From positions 10,234 through 74,233 of the forward strand of contig JAPOPM010000098.1 of assembly GCA_026712905.1 (NCBI GenBank): a DNA stretch of 64,000 nt. The letters are read 5' to 3'. This document shows, piece by piece, positions 55,008 through 64,000 of the stretch. The stretch is from Deltaproteobacteria bacterium. Its GTDB lineage: Bacteria; Desulfobacterota; Binatia; UBA9968; JAJDTQ01. The translations under genes were made by a program, and so were the position numbers. The notes under the pieces are model-generated. The model worked only from the letters and a program-made list of their open reading frames with translations. It ran no database searches and was not told where the DNA came from. The stretch's first letter is position 1. Every line of letters starts with the position of its first letter.

Positions 55008-56777
55008 ATGCAACACCCCGGAACCCGCGGCCGTGCGGACATTCGCTACCAACCCGATGAAAAACCACCCTTGATGTTGACGGCCGGCCTTGGCCTTCAG
55101 CTTGCGATTCTCTGCATCTCCGGGATCGTTCTGACCCCCGCCATCGTCATCCGGGCGGCGGGCGGGAGCGAAGGGTTTCTTTCCTGGGCGGTGTTCGCGG
55201 CCGTTGCCATAAGCGGCCTCACCACGGTGCTCCAGGCTGTGCGGCTTGGTCGCTTCGGCACCGGCCACGTGCTGCTGATGGGCACTTCAGGCGCGTTCAT
55301 CGCGGTCTGTGTGACGGCGTTGGTTCAGGGGGGACCGGCGATGCTCGCCACCCTGGTCCTGGCCTCGTCTTTCTTTCAGTTCATCCTGTCTTCGCGGCTG
55401 GCGCTGCTTCGGCGCATCCTCACTCCGGCGGTAGCGGGGACCGTAATCATGCTGATCCCGGTCACGGTCATGCCCATCATCTTCGACATGCTCGACGACG
55501 TGCCGAAGGGGTTCCCCGTGTCCGCGGCGCCGCTGAGCGCCCTCGTGACCGTGGCGGGGATTCTTTGCATCGCGCTCAAGGCCACCGGATCGCTGCGTCT
55601 GTGGGCCCCGGTCATCGGCGTCGTCGTGGGCTCCGTCGTGGCCGGAGGGTTCGGCCTTTATGACACGGGTCTCGTGGCCAGTTCCGCGTGGGTGGGGCTT
55701 CCGCACGGGGACTGGCCGGGTCTGGATTTGGGTTTTGGCGCGACCTTTTGGGCGCTCCTGCCCGCGTTCGTGTTCGTGACCCTGGTAGGAGCCATCGAGA
55801 CCATCGGTGACGGCGTGGCCATCCAGCGGGTCTCCTGGCGCGGCGCCCGGGCGGTGGATTTCAGGGTGGTGGAGGGTGCGGTGGCGGCCGACGGTGTCGG
55901 CAACCTGCTTTCAGGTCTCGCCGGAACGGTGCCGAACACGACCTACTCCACGAGCATTGCCGTGACCGAGTTGACGGGAGTCGGCTCACGCAACGTCGGC
56001 GTCGCCATCGGGATCATCTTCATGTTCCTGGCCTTTCTTCCCAAGGCGCTGGCGCTCATCCTGGCGATTCCGGCGCCCGTGGTGGCCGCCTATGCCACGG
56101 TGCTGCTGGCCCTGCTGTTCGTCGTTGGCATGAAGGTGGTGCTCCAGGAAGAGATCGACTACCGCACCGGCCTCATCGTCGGGGTTTCGTTCTGGGCCGG
56201 AGTCGGCTTCCAGAACGGGGTGATCTTCCCCGAGTACTTCGGCGGTTTCGCCAGCGGGCTGTTGCAGAACGGCATGACCGCGGGCGGGCTGGTGGCCATC
56301 CTCATGACCGTGTTCGTGGAGTTGACCGCGCCGCGCCCGAGCCGCATCGAGGTGGAATTCGGCGTGGAGGCGTTGCCGAAGATCCGCGAGTTTCTCGCAG
56401 GCTTCGCTTCACGCGGGGGTTGGAACAAGGCGACGGCGGATCGCCTCGACGCGGTGGCCGAGGAAACGCTGCTGACCCTTATGGGACAAGATGTGGCGGG
56501 CGAGGGTAGGCGGCGGCGCTTGCGCTTGACGGCGCGCAAGGAGAGCGGCGGCGCGCTCCTGGAATTCGTCGCCGCCGTGGAGACCGAGAACATCGAGGAC
56601 AGCATGGCCCTGCTGGGAACCGGGCCGGTGGAGGCGCCGGATGAGCACGAGATATCTCTCCGGCTGTTGCGTCACCTCGCCTCCAGGGTGCACCATCAGC
56701 AGTATCACGGTACGGACATCGTGACCGTGCACGTCGACGCCGTGGAAACGGGCAACCCGCGATCGAACGATTCGTGA
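55008..56777 (+). CDS. NCS2 (xanthine/uracil/ascorbate) permease fused to a C-terminal HATPase_c_2-like domain
   Basis: L.GLQ, LMGTSGAF, ETIGD, ADG.GN..SGL.G..PNTTYSTS NCS2 signature; ~145 aa soluble C-terminal extension. Confidence 0.88.
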   Translation: MQHPGTRGRADIRYQPDEKPPLMLTAGLGLQLAILCISGIVLTPAIVIRAAGGSEGFLSWAVFAAVAISGLTTVLQAVRLGRFGTGHVLLMGTSGAFIAVCVTALVQGGPAMLATLVLASSFFQFILSSRLALLRRILTPAVAGTVIMLIPVTVMPIIFDMLDDVPKGFPVSAAPLSALVTVAGILCIALKATGSLRLWAPVIGVVVGSVVAGGFGLYDTGLVASSAWVGLPHGDWPGLDLGFGATFWALLPAFVFVTLVGAIETIGDGVAIQRVSWRGARAVDFRVVEGAVAADGVGNLLSGLAGTVPNTTYSTSIAVTELTGVGSRNVGVAIGIIFMFLAFLPKALALILAIPAPVVAAYATVLLALLFVVGMKVVLQEEIDYRTGLIVGVSFWAGVGFQNGVIFPEYFGGFASGLLQNGMTAGGLVAILMTVFVELTAPRPSRIEVEFGVEALPKIREFLAGFASRGGWNKATADRLDAVAEETLLTLMGQDVAGEGRRRRLRLTARKESGGALLEFVAAVETENIEDSMALLGTGPVEAPDEHEISLRLLRHLASRVHHQQYHGTDIVTVHVDAVETGNPRSNDS

Positions 56778-56795
56778 CGGAAGAGGTGTGGAAAA

Positions 56796-56872
56796 TGGTG
56801 GCGGTGGCTGGACTTGAACCAGCGACGCCGCGGATATGAGCCGCGTGCTCTGACCAACTGAGCTACACCGCC
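56796..56872 (-). tRNA. tRNA-Met (anticodon CAT, elongator type)
   Basis: Reverse complement GGCGGTGTAGCTCAGTTGGTCAGAGCACGCGGCTCATATCCGCGGCGTCGCTGGTTCAAGTCCAGCCACCGCCACCA; paired G1-C72. Confidence 0.95.
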
Positions 56873-57147
56873 ATGTGGGAAAAGAACGCTCGCGAGGGAC
56901 TGACGCCCGAGGCCTCCATCATAGAACGCGCCCCGCGAACATGCAAGCCGGGACCCTCCGGGCCGCGCGTCACGTGCGCCTTGACTTGCAAAACTCCCGC
57001 GCCTTCACTATTAGACAGCGAAAGCAGCCGTTCTTTGTATGGATGGCTGCGTTGCCCCGAATCCGACACGACCTCCGCGATCCATGCCGGACGCACCGGT
57101 TCCTCCATGGACGATGAGCGTCGCGTCTTCCAAGGGAGGGTATCGTC

Positions 57148-58185
57148 ATGCGGGGTTGGGTCACACATGCTTTCAAGGACATGCGCCTGGAGGAGTTGGC
57201 GGAACCGGAGGGGCGGCCGGGCTGGGCGCTGCTGAAGACCTTGGTGGTGCAGCCTTCGGTGACGGAAGTTCAGCTCTTCTACGGGGAGCGCTCCAACAGC
57301 TACGAAAAGGTCAAGAAGAAGCTGGCCAAAGGACCGGAGCCCCTGTTCGGGCACGAGTTCTGCGCCGAGGTCGTTGAGATCGACAAGGACAACGGGTATG
57401 GCCTGGCCGTGGGTGACCGGGTGGGCGCCACGCACACGGAGATCGGCACCATCGGGCGGGACTTTCCCGGGCTCTTCTCCGAGTACGCGGCGGTGCCGCT
57501 GGACGCGCTCGCCAAGATTCCCGAGGGTATCAGCGACTGGGAGGTGTCGGCGCTCCAGCCCCTGACCAGTTGCGTGCACAACATCCAGGTGCTCGGCGTG
57601 ACCCTCGGGGACACGGTGCTGGTGCTGGGCCAGGGCGTCATGGGCCTCAACTCGGCCCAGGCGGCCAAGGCCGCGGGCGCGGACACGGTCATCGGCACCG
57701 ACATGCGGCCGGAGGTCCTGGAGTTGGCCAAGGAGCTCGGAGTGGACGTCACCATCGACGCCTCCAAGGAGAACGTGGTGGAGGCGGTGATGGACCTGAG
57801 CGGCGGCAAGGGCATTCCCTTCGTCATCGAGGCGGCGAGCGGCAGCCCGCAGATGGGACTGTCCGGCGGCGCCACGGTGTCGGAGGCGGTGGCGTGCGTG
57901 GCGACCGGCGGCAAGGTGCTCAGCATTCCGCACTTCCACGAACCCGTGACCCTGGACTTCAACTACCTGCGCGCCAAGCGGGTGACCTACATGTTCCCGC
58001 CGGAGCTGGCCCATCCCGCGGAGATGACCCTGGCAGCGCGGCTCGTGGCGCAGAAGCGTATCAACATCGATCCCATGATCACCCACAAGCTGGAAGGCAT
58101 CGAGAAGATGCCCGAGGCGCTGGAGATCACCGCCAACAAGTCCAAGTACGGCGCGCTGAATCCGGCGCAGGTGCGGTTCTCCTAG
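57148..58185 (+). CDS. MDR/zinc-binding dehydrogenase superfamily protein with atypical Zn ligands
   Basis: GHE, GDRV, SEY, GQGVMGL Rossmann motif; the canonical GICGxD and 4-Cys lobe are absent. Confidence 0.85.
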   Translation: MRGWVTHAFKDMRLEELAEPEGRPGWALLKTLVVQPSVTEVQLFYGERSNSYEKVKKKLAKGPEPLFGHEFCAEVVEIDKDNGYGLAVGDRVGATHTEIGTIGRDFPGLFSEYAAVPLDALAKIPEGISDWEVSALQPLTSCVHNIQVLGVTLGDTVLVLGQGVMGLNSAQAAKAAGADTVIGTDMRPEVLELAKELGVDVTIDASKENVVEAVMDLSGGKGIPFVIEAASGSPQMGLSGGATVSEAVACVATGGKVLSIPHFHEPVTLDFNYLRAKRVTYMFPPELAHPAEMTLAARLVAQKRINIDPMITHKLEGIEKMPEALEITANKSKYGALNPAQVRFS

Positions 58186-58266
58186 TCGGGACCCCGTGGT
58201 AGACTCGCGCTCGACGATTCCCGATATGAAATCGGACGCAATCAAGTAACCCTGAAGGAGGCAACC

Positions 58267-59274
58267 ATGGACGCCAAGATCATTGACGCTGACGGGCACG
58301 TCAGGGACCGGGACGCGGACATCCGCGCCCATATGGAAGATCCCTGGAACAAGCGCGAGGGCTCGCTGCTGCCGTCGGACGAGTGGGATTCGAGCATGTT
58401 CGGCACCCTGGGCATGAACATCACCGACGTGCCCACGCGCCTCCGCGACATGGACACCGAGGGCATCGAGATGTCGGTGCTGTTTCCCACCGGAGCGTTC
58501 CACGTGAACCGCATGCCGGAGAAGGCCTACGCGGGAGCGTTTTCCCGCGCCTACAACAACTGGATCTCGAGCATGTGCAGCGAGGCGCCGGAGCGGCTCA
58601 AGGGCGTCGGCGTGGCGCCTTTCCAGGACGTGCCCGCCGCGGTGGCGGAGATCAACCGCGCAGTCACAAAGCTCGGCGTGGCCGGTATCACCGTGGGCAC
58701 CTTCGGCATGAAGGACCACTTGGGACAGGAGCTCTTCTGGCCCATCTACGAAGAGCTCGAGCGGCTCAACGTGCCGCTGCTGATCCATAACTCGCGGTCG
58801 GGTCCGGCGGGGGACAACCGTTTCGACACCTTTTTGTTCAAACACACCATCGGCCGTCCCTTCGAGACCTTGCTCGACTGCGCCGCACTGATGTACGGCG
58901 GCGTGCCGGAGCGGTTCCCGAAGCTGCGCATCGCGTTCCTGGAGTGCGGTGTCGGCTGGGTGCCCTACTGGATGGACCGGATGGACGAAGAGTACGAGCA
59001 CCGGCAGTCCGAAGCGCCGCTGCTCAAGGCCATGCCCAGCGAGTACATGAAAGCAGGGAACTGGTACTACGCGGCCGAGCCGGAGGAAGAAAGCCTGCCC
59101 TACGGCATCGAGCGCATCGGGGACAAGAACATCGTGTTCGCGTCCGACTATCCCCACTGGGATGGCATGTTCCCCAACGTGACCAAGACCATCAAGGAAC
59201 GGACGGACATCTCCGAGGACTTCAAGGCCAAGTTCCTGGGCGACAACGCCAAGGCGCTTTACGGCTGGAACTAG
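58267..59274 (+). CDS. Amidohydrolase_2 family protein
   Basis: IDADGH, D.EGI..SVLFPT, IHN, AFLECGVGW, FASDYPHWD. Confidence 0.92.
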   Translation: MDAKIIDADGHVRDRDADIRAHMEDPWNKREGSLLPSDEWDSSMFGTLGMNITDVPTRLRDMDTEGIEMSVLFPTGAFHVNRMPEKAYAGAFSRAYNNWISSMCSEAPERLKGVGVAPFQDVPAAVAEINRAVTKLGVAGITVGTFGMKDHLGQELFWPIYEELERLNVPLLIHNSRSGPAGDNRFDTFLFKHTIGRPFETLLDCAALMYGGVPERFPKLRIAFLECGVGWVPYWMDRMDEEYEHRQSEAPLLKAMPSEYMKAGNWYYAAEPEEESLPYGIERIGDKNIVFASDYPHWDGMFPNVTKTIKERTDISEDFKAKFLGDNAKALYGWN

Positions 59275-59296
59275 CCGTCGGCGGGGGGCTCTTCAC

Positions 59297-59800
59297 GTGC
59301 GACTGACAGCCAGGACCGGTTTCAGCATTCTGGTCCTTGTCTTCTTTTGCTACATGGTCTGGGGGGCTGCGGAGTGGCGCCTGCAGGCACGCCTCTTCCC
59401 CTGGGCCATCGGTATCCCCATGATATTCCTGGCGATTCTCAATCTCGTGCAGGAGTGGTGGGGACCGAAGGCAGGCGAGGAGGGGGAGGAAGGGAGCGCT
59501 CAGGCCACGCCTTCCGATTTCCAGTTCACGCAGGCCATGGACACGGGTGTGGCGGTGCGGCGCACCATTACGATCCTGTCTTGGATCACTGGGTTTATGG
59601 CCGGCATCTGGCTCGTCGGGTTCTCCATCACCGTCGCCTGCATGACCTTCGGTTATCTGAAGATTCAGTCAAAGGAAGGCTGGCCCATGTCGCTGATCCT
59701 TACGGCGTCGGCGTGGCTGGTCTATTACGTGCTGTTCGAACGCACACTGCTACTGCCGTTTCCCGAGGGCCAGGTCTTTCGCTGGCTGGGCTTCGAGTAG
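59297..59800 (+). CDS. tctB: Tripartite tricarboxylate transporter TctB
   Basis: FPWAIG motif, 4 TM, YVLFERTLLLPFP.G end; adjacent to tctC and tctA. Confidence 0.8.
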   Translation: MRLTARTGFSILVLVFFCYMVWGAAEWRLQARLFPWAIGIPMIFLAILNLVQEWWGPKAGEEGEEGSAQATPSDFQFTQAMDTGVAVRRTITILSWITGFMAGIWLVGFSITVACMTFGYLKIQSKEGWPMSLILTASAWLVYYVLFERTLLLPFPEGQVFRWLGFE

Positions 59801-59854
59801 AGGGGCGCGCGCCGTGTGTCGTAATCGTTGGGCTCCAACCAGGGGAGGTAGGCA

Positions 59855-60913
59855 ATGACGAAACGAGCGATTGGCCGAACATTGATCGTGCTGTTGCTGG
59901 CCGGGTTCTTCTTCATGAGCTTCTCGGGCCAAGCGACCGCCAAGGACTTCTACGAGGGCAAGGTTCTCCGCATCCTGGTGTGCTGCTCGCCGGGCGGGTT
60001 CTATGATCGTTGGGCCAGGCTGTTCGCGCGGCATCTGGGCAAGCACATCCCGGGCAAGCCCGACATCATCGTCCAGAACATGCCCGGGGCCGGCTCCCTC
60101 ATCGCCGCCAACTATGTCTACAACATCGCCAAGCAGGACGGCACAGCCATCGTGATGCCGTTGGCGGGCCTTTACCTGGATCAGGTCGTGGGGCGCAAGG
60201 AGGTGCGCTTCGACATCGCGAAGTTCCAGTGGATCGGTACGCAGGAAGTGAGCCAGACCGTGCTCTTCTGTCGCAGCGACTCCAAATACACGAATATCGA
60301 CGCGCTGATCAAGAACAAGAAGGAGCCGGCAAGAATCGGCAACACGGGCACCGCAGGCAACAGCTTTCTCATCGGCAAGGTCCTGGAACAGGGCGTGGGA
60401 GCGAACTTCAATTTCGTCATGGGTTACGCCGGCGGCAGCGAGGTCGATCTGGCGGTGGAGCGAGGCGAGGTCCTGTGCCGCGGCATGAGCAGCGCTCCGT
60501 TTTTCGGCCGGGAGCCGTTCCTGACCTGGCGCAAGAACAAGTTCGTTACGGAGATCGCACAGAGCGGGTCGGAGCGGGACCCGAGGATCAAGGACACGCC
60601 GACCCTCAGTGAGTTGATGGAGAAGCACAATGCCCCGGAACTGGTCCGGTCCATGTCCAAGGTGATCTTCGCCAGCGGCCAGTTCGGACGCCCCTTCGCC
60701 GTCGCGCCGGGCGTGCCGGCGGACCGTGTGAAGATATTGCGCGACGCCTACGCCGCGGCCTTGAACGACCCGGATTTGGCGGCCGAGGCGAAGAAGGGAC
60801 GAATGGTGCCCTTCAAGCTGACGCGGGGCGAGGATCTGCAAGAGTTGGCCAAGAGCGTCGTAAGCCAGCCCAAGGAGGTGGTGGACGGCGTGAAGGCGCT
60901 GCTTGGGAGGTAG
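59855..60913 (+). CDS. tctC: Tripartite tricarboxylate transporter substrate-binding protein TctC
   Basis: FYEGK..RILV..SPGG.YD.WARL.ARHLGKHIPG.P.IIVQNMPGAGS. Confidence 0.9.
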   Translation: MTKRAIGRTLIVLLLAGFFFMSFSGQATAKDFYEGKVLRILVCCSPGGFYDRWARLFARHLGKHIPGKPDIIVQNMPGAGSLIAANYVYNIAKQDGTAIVMPLAGLYLDQVVGRKEVRFDIAKFQWIGTQEVSQTVLFCRSDSKYTNIDALIKNKKEPARIGNTGTAGNSFLIGKVLEQGVGANFNFVMGYAGGSEVDLAVERGEVLCRGMSSAPFFGREPFLTWRKNKFVTEIAQSGSERDPRIKDTPTLSELMEKHNAPELVRSMSKVIFASGQFGRPFAVAPGVPADRVKILRDAYAAALNDPDLAAEAKKGRMVPFKLTRGEDLQELAKSVVSQPKEVVDGVKALLGR

Positions 60914-60923
60914 TCGTTAGGCC

Positions 60924-62447
60924 ATGATGTTCGACGCCTTCATATCGGGACTGATTCACGTCCTTTCGTGGCCGGCCTTCGGGTTCCTGCTGCTGGGTGC
61001 GTTCGTGGGTTTCGTCGTGGGAATTCTTCCCGGCCTGGGTGGCTTGGCCACCCTGGCGCTGATGTTGCCCTTCGCCTACAAGATTCAGGAGCCGATTTCG
61101 GCCTTTGCCTTTCTCCTGGGGATGCATGCCATCACCGGCACCACCGGTGACCTCACCTCGATTCTCTTCGGCATCCCGGGGGAGGGCACGGCCGCGGCCA
61201 CGATCATGGACGGGTACCCGATGACCAAGAACGGTGAGGCCGGCCGGGCCATGGGCGCCGCGCTCATGAGCTCACTGGTGGCCGGCCTCGAAGGCGCCCT
61301 CATCCTGGCCCTCGCGATTCCCATCATGCGCCCGCTAGTGCTTTTCTTCGGCTCTCCCGAGCTGTTCATGCTGGCGATTTTGGGAATCACGTTCATTGCT
61401 TCGCTGAGCGGATCGTCGCTCACCAAAGGCCTCCTGTGCGGAGGCATCGGTTTGATGCTGGCGTCCATCGGGGTCGATCCCCAGACCGGGACGTTGCGCT
61501 ACACGTTGGGTACGCTCTATCTTTGGGATGGCCTGAGCCTGGGACCCGTGGTGGTCGGGCTCTTCGCCATCCCGGAGATCATCGATCTCGCGGTGCGCGG
61601 CACCAGCATCGCCCAGGCCAAGGTCGAGAAGATCACCGGAGTGATGGAAGGGGTCAAGGATACCTTCCGCCACTTCGGGCTGACCATGCGCTGCGGCTTC
61701 ATCGGCGCGTTCATCGGGGCGTTGCCGGGCCTGGGCGGCGGCGTGTCGCAGTGGCTGGCTTACGGCCACGCGGTGCAGTCGTCCAAGGACAAGAGCCGCT
61801 TCGGCAAAGGCGCGGTGGAAGGGGTGCTGGGACCCGGCGCCGCCAACAACTCCCGCGAGGGTGGCAACCTCATTCCCACGGTGGCCTTCGGCATTCCCGG
61901 AAGCAGCGCCATGGCGATTCTCCTGGGCGCGTTCCTCATCGTCGGCCTCAATCCCGGCCCGGAGATGCTGACCAAGCACCTGGACGTGACCTTCGCCATG
62001 GTGTGGATCCTGGTGATAGCCAACATCATCACCGCGGGCGCGTGCTTCCTGTTCCTGAACCAGCTCGTGAAGCTCACGTTCGTGCGCGGACACCTGTTGA
62101 TTCCGTTCCTGCTCATGTTCGTGTTCCTGGGCGCCTTCGCGGCTCACAACAACTTTAGCGATATCGTCGTCACGGTGATATTCGGACTCGTGGGATACGT
62201 GATGGTGCTGTTCCAGTGGCCGAGGCCGCCTTTCGTGCTAGGGCTGGTGCTGGGGACCATCGTCGAGAACAATCTGTTTATTTCCACGAGCGCCTACGGT
62301 GCCGGTTGGCTCGTACAGCCCACGGTCGTCGGCATCGCCCTCATGATCATCGGGACGCTGGTCTACTCGGCCATTCAGGCGTACAGGGGCCGTTCGCTGG
62401 AGGCAGATCTCGAGAAGAGGATGGGGGTCGGGAGCACGCACGAGTAG
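60924..62447 (+). CDS. tctA: Tripartite tricarboxylate transporter TctA
   Basis: GILPGLGG, IPGEGTAAAT..DGYPM.K.G.A.RA, E..AANNS..GG..IPT..FGIPGS. Confidence 0.93.
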   Translation: MMFDAFISGLIHVLSWPAFGFLLLGAFVGFVVGILPGLGGLATLALMLPFAYKIQEPISAFAFLLGMHAITGTTGDLTSILFGIPGEGTAAATIMDGYPMTKNGEAGRAMGAALMSSLVAGLEGALILALAIPIMRPLVLFFGSPELFMLAILGITFIASLSGSSLTKGLLCGGIGLMLASIGVDPQTGTLRYTLGTLYLWDGLSLGPVVVGLFAIPEIIDLAVRGTSIAQAKVEKITGVMEGVKDTFRHFGLTMRCGFIGAFIGALPGLGGGVSQWLAYGHAVQSSKDKSRFGKGAVEGVLGPGAANNSREGGNLIPTVAFGIPGSSAMAILLGAFLIVGLNPGPEMLTKHLDVTFAMVWILVIANIITAGACFLFLNQLVKLTFVRGHLLIPFLLMFVFLGAFAAHNNFSDIVVTVIFGLVGYVMVLFQWPRPPFVLGLVLGTIVENNLFISTSAYGAGWLVQPTVVGIALMIIGTLVYSAIQAYRGRSLEADLEKRMGVGSTHE

Positions 62448-62528
62448 GCCCGGGTTGCGCCACGCCGAGGGCAACACACGGGCAGGGCGGTCTTCAAGGC
62501 CGCCGCTCCTGCGCGTTCCCCGCAAGAC

Positions 62529-63401
62529 ATGCTAGCCGTTGCCTTGGGACTGTTGGCGTCCCTAGCATTCGCCTGCACGGCCACGCTCGTTCAACGGGGT
62601 GTCCGCTACCTGGATCCCTTCAGCGGATTGCTGATCGACCTTTTCTGCAACGGGGCGTTGCTTTGGCTCTTCGTATTCGCCTTCCACGATGCGGCCGAAC
62701 TCTGGGCCGGCGCCAACCTGATCTTCGTCGCCTCGGGACTCATCGTTCCGGGCCTGTTCCGCTTGGTGGCGTTCAAGGGCATCGAGCGGCTGGGAGCGTC
62801 GGTTGCCACCGCCGTCCTCAACGCTGCTCCGCTCTTTGCCGTGCTCCTGGCCATGCTGCTGCTCGACGAACAGCCCGGCCCGGCCAACCTGTTCGGCGCC
62901 GTGGCCGTCGTTTCCGGCCTCGTCTTTCTGTCGTGGAAGGGTGAGACCCGCTCCTGGCACCTCCGGGATCTACTGTTCCCGGTGTCCGGGGCCCTGTTCG
63001 CGGCGCTTCGCGACAACGTGGTCCGGTTGGGACTCCTTGCCGGTCCGGCGCCCATGGTCGGCGCCAGCATCACGGTGACCACCTCTTTCCTGACCATGTC
63101 CGCGGCGTATTTGCCGTTCCACGGCCTCACCCGGTTGAGGACCTGCGGGGGGCGCGCCATCGGCAGCTTCGTGCTGATAGGCTTCGTGCATTTTCTTGCC
63201 TATCTTCTGATGTTCTCGGCACTGGACATCGCGGCCGTTTCGGTGGTGTCGCCGCTGATTCACTGCTTCTCCCTCTTTACCCTGGCCCTTTCGCCGCTTA
63301 TTCTGGGTGACTCGGACCCCGTCACGCGGCGCAAGGTCGGCGCCACGTCCATGGTCGTGTTGGGCGTGCTGCTGATCGCGTGGTCGCGCTGGTCCGCGTA
63401 A
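62529..63401 (+). CDS. EamA/DMT family transporter
   Basis: Two-repeat 10-TM architecture; GIERLGAS...P.FAV.LA..LLDE. Confidence 0.88.
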   Translation: MLAVALGLLASLAFACTATLVQRGVRYLDPFSGLLIDLFCNGALLWLFVFAFHDAAELWAGANLIFVASGLIVPGLFRLVAFKGIERLGASVATAVLNAAPLFAVLLAMLLLDEQPGPANLFGAVAVVSGLVFLSWKGETRSWHLRDLLFPVSGALFAALRDNVVRLGLLAGPAPMVGASITVTTSFLTMSAAYLPFHGLTRLRTCGGRAIGSFVLIGFVHFLAYLLMFSALDIAAVSVVSPLIHCFSLFTLALSPLILGDSDPVTRRKVGATSMVVLGVLLIAWSRWSA

Positions 63402-63415
63402 AGGCCGTCACCGTC

Positions 63416-64000
63416 ATGTGGACACTACCGAACCTGTTGAGCCTGTTCCGTATTCTCTTGGTCCCGTTCCTGGCGTGGCTGCTCGCGTCCACCGATCCGT
63501 TGTCATGTGCGCTGGCGGCTCTCGTTTTCATTATCGCCTCGTTGACCGACATGCTGGACGGCTACCTGGCGCGCCGCAACAAGAGCGTGTCCGACTTCGG
63601 CAAGATCCTGGACCCCTTGGCGGACAAGCTGCTGGTGGTGACCGCGCTCATCATGCTGGTGGCCATCGATCGCCCCGGAGATGCGTATGTCCCGGTGTGG
63701 CTCGTGGTGATCATCGTCGCGCGGGAGGTGGCCGTGACCGTGCTGCGCGGCATTGCCTTGTCCGAGGGCATCATCATTCCGGCCGATACGGTGGGCAAGT
63801 ACAAGCTCCTGGTCCAGACCTTCGCCCTGGTGGCCTTGATGATCCACTACCGTTATTTCGGGATCGACTTCTTCGTCGGCGGGATGTACTTCCTGGTGCT
63901 TTCCACCGTGTTGGCGCTGTGGTCGGGGGTCGAGTACCACGTCCGATTTCTTCGTTCCCTGCGTGTCGGTTCCCGGCTTTCCGGGTCCTCACGGCGGCAA
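63416..64000 (+). CDS. pgsA: CDP-diacylglycerol--glycerol-3-phosphate 3-phosphatidyltransferase (no stop before the window edge)
   Basis: Manual translation MWTLPNLLSLFRI...ASLTDMLDGYLARR..SDFGKILDPLADKLLV...REVAVT.LR..GKYK; missing from the ORF track. Confidence 0.93.
   Translation, partial: MWTLPNLLSLFRILLVPFLAWLLASTDPLSCALAALVFIIASLTDMLDGYLARRNKSVSDFGKILDPLADKLLVVTALIMLVAIDRPGDAYVPVWLVVIIVAREVAVTVLRGIALSEGIIIPADTVGKYKLLVQTFALVALMIHYRYFGIDFFVGGMYFLVLSTVLALWSGVEYHVRFLRSLRVGSRLSGSSRRQ

Noticed and set aside
56796-56872. tRNA-CAT as initiator fMet or Ile2, or as an integration site
   Set aside because: Paired G1-C72 and no three G-C anticodon-stem pairs argue against initiator; the acceptor stem resembles elongator Met; no duplicated 3' end or integrase nearby.
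56863-59157. 764-aa minus-strand ORF
   Set aside because: Antisense shadow of the MDR and amidohydrolase genes.

Overview
64 kb of a high-GC bacterial chromosome. The content (many TctC/Bug proteins, three ornithine cyclodeaminase paralogs, Rieske oxygenases, UbiD, amidohydrolases) suggests an aromatic/organic-acid-degrading delta-proteobacterium-like organism such as Binatia; this taxonomy is inference only. Housekeeping genes: asnS, prpB/prpD, fbp/fbaB, a Sua5/YciO protein, pgsA, tRNA-Lys(TTT) and tRNA-Met(CAT). Accessory material includes (i) a decayed phage/satellite remnant at the tRNA-Lys 3' end (~8.8-11.76 kb) with an IHF consensus site, arm-type repeats, a protease fragment, a connector/portal chimera, a second frameshifted portal relic, an IS21-like end and cargo genes; (ii) a ~190 bp MITE-like family carrying a REP/dRS3-like palindrome; (iii) a PaaK-like ligase, RNA-ligase-like protein, UbiD, Ppc-gamma-like protein and DUF1302/DUF1329 cluster; (iv) an OppB permease with a ~290 aa insertion of two putative carbohydrate-binding-like domains; (v) two AlbA_2/Schlafen-like ATP-binding proteins; (vi) a Rieske oxygenase with a four-domain rhodanese; and (vii) an NCS2 permease fused to a degenerate RsbW-like domain. 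No CRISPR array, rRNA, intact transposase or integrase is seen. All family calls come from motif recognition by eye, not from database searches.
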